DNA of 9,503 bases from NCBI GenBank assembly GCA_965644295.1, contig CBFFRP010000240.1, forward strand, positions 1 through 9,503. The letters run 5' to 3'. Below the pieces are notes generated by a model. The model was not told the origin of the DNA. It did no database searches and saw nothing but the letters and a program-made list of their open reading frames with translations. The DNA comes from Paraphysomonas bandaiensis (lineage: Eukaryota > Protista > Chrysophyceae). Positions within the stretch are counted from its first letter, which is position 1, and each line of letters opens with the position of its first letter. This document shows positions 7,999-9,503 of the stretch, in pieces. The position numbers and the translations under genes are program-made.

Positions 7999-9024
7999 TG
8001 GTGAAGTTATTTGTATCAATGACAAAGCGTGTGGGTTGTGTGCGTTCTGAATTCTGTGAAAACTTTAATAATTACATGTTTGACTATGTTAGAAGAACAA
8101 TATGTGAGCAGCATTCTTCGTAACGTAGTTTTAGCAATTCTTATCTTACGCCCAGTCAGTACACATATAGTACACGGATACCATATAGCCAAAATGGATT
8201 CCAGAGTTTCCATTTATTATTGTTCATTGTTCACTACCCTATTATCCTATCCTTTCGCACTTAAATATATATTACTTTATTATAGTTGAATATGATAGAG
8301 AAATAAATGAAAAGATGTCAGAATGAAACATATTCAAAGTATACGCAACACTCCCTCAACAGTGTCGGACTCGCACATTTTAGTGTTGTTCTGGCGAATA
8401 AGTACAGGAGAAATATGGAAGCTAACGTGAGCTGTATATATTTTGCATTTATAGTCAGCAAAAATTTGTCTTCCTACTCATAGCCTAATGCCTGTGTGGC
8501 ACATGGCACACAAGGGACACAAATAGGACATCTTTGGGCCTTGACGAATAAACAGATAAACAGGCATCCGGGATAGGTCCACCTCAACGGCTTCCGGAAT
8601 ATTGAGTTGAATTGGCTACACCTTGGTAGCTTTTGTAGCGTTAATTAGTAGGATATCAGAGTTAAATGCTGACTCTTAAATGCCTATTACTTATAATAAG
8701 ACATTCACTTCTAGTTACTCCACTCTACTTTTACTACAACTCAACATACACAATTACTACTTTAACTAAATAGACCATTCTGTGTTCAGTTATAGTATGT
8801 GTTTGCACCAGAATTCTTGTGCTTGTAGATCTATTGGAACATATTGGAACAATGCCAATACTAAGAAAACATAATATAATGATACAAGCTAGGTACAAAG
8901 TCGAAGTAAAAACCATATTTAAATTTGAATACGAGTATCATTATTACTATTATTAAATCATATATCTATTGGTACATGAAAACTATTTTCAATTAAATCT
9001 ATGGCTATGTGAGGAAGAGTGTGT

Positions 9025-9416
9025 TTATTTAGGTTGAGTTTTGTCCAAGACTTTTTGAAATGCTTTGTTTTGTTCCTGAGTTCCGGGATATACATCTACA
9101 TTCTGTTGTTGAAGGCGTTCCTGAAGATTTCTTTCGGAAATACTACTCTGCCAGTTCCATAAGCAGCCCCCAATCAACACTGGTATACAAAAATATACGA
9201 ATCCTGTAACAGATACTGTAATAAGGACACATTATATGTCCTAATACACGTACCCATAAATTTTTGTCCTGCTGGTGAGAGAGGAATACGTGTGCTGTGT
9301 ATTTTCTATATTGATAGTAGTTGACTACCGCATTAACAGACAGACTGACACACACACACACTGACCTCTTTGAGCCTCTGATGCCTCCGTCCAATCTCTT
9401 GAAGTAAATCAATCAT
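9025..9416 (-). CDS. Small 93-aa single-pass membrane protein of unknown function; exons 9416-9366, 9305-9254, 9203-9025
   Basis: GT-AG introns of 60 nt (9365-9306, contains a (GT)n run) and 50 nt (9253-9204) give an uninterrupted frame: MIDLLQEIGRRHQRLKEKIHSTRIPLSPAGQKFMGFVYFCIPVLIGGCLWNWQSSISERNLQERLQQQNVDVYPGTQEQNKAFQKVLDKTQPK*. One hydrophobic segment. Confidence 0.82.
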
Positions 9417-9503
9417 AGTCACTATTAATTAATAAGATCTATTATTGGATGAAAGAAGAGGGTAGCAGAAGTGTCTTGAATAGCACATGTAAATTGAACG
9501 AAG

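Noticed and set aside
8016-8289. Short hydrophobic ORFs downstream of the coiled-coil gene
   Set aside because: AT-rich probable 3' UTR or intergenic DNA, with no motifs or convincing splice structure.
1522-8505. 11-bp inverted match CATGTGCCACA (1522-1532) / TGTGGCACATG (8495-8505)
   Set aside because: A match this short is expected by chance in 9.5 kb, and there is no TSD or other sign of a bounded element.
9143-9412. 89-aa minus-strand ORF in the track
   Set aside because: Non-ATG start, and it reads through both introns in frames different from the spliced 93-aa model.

Overview
Eukaryotic genomic DNA, compact and intron-containing (seven GT-AG introns of 45-60 nt can be placed in frame; a protist, possibly stramenopile, is my inference). 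From left to right: (1) the 3' part of a decayed Ty3/Gypsy LTR retrotransposon (RT-RNase H connection, RNase H, HHCC and integrase core, with stops, frameshifts and two apparent internal deletions), ending in a polypurine tract and a very short ~107-bp LTR with terminal inverted repeats; (2) a ~380-bp (ACAT)n microsatellite; (3) a TrhO/YceA-family tRNA U34 hydroxylase gene with a 51-nt in-frame intron; (4) a four-exon minus-strand gene (~522 aa) resembling a degenerate Sey1/RHD3 GTPase with a signal-peptide-like N-terminus; (5) a short divergent intergenic region with a (TATRTG)n repeat; (6) a two-exon 656-aa coiled-coil protein with five 23-24-aa internal repeats; (7) a three-exon 93-aa single-TM protein gene missing from the ORF track. 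I see no clear multi-gene novel system. The best leads are the putative Sey1-like pseudo-GTPase, the hidden microprotein, the mini-LTR and its ends, and a possible TrhO upstream exon that would put the retroelement inside an intron. All gene models were spliced by eye and all homologies are motif recognition, not database results.
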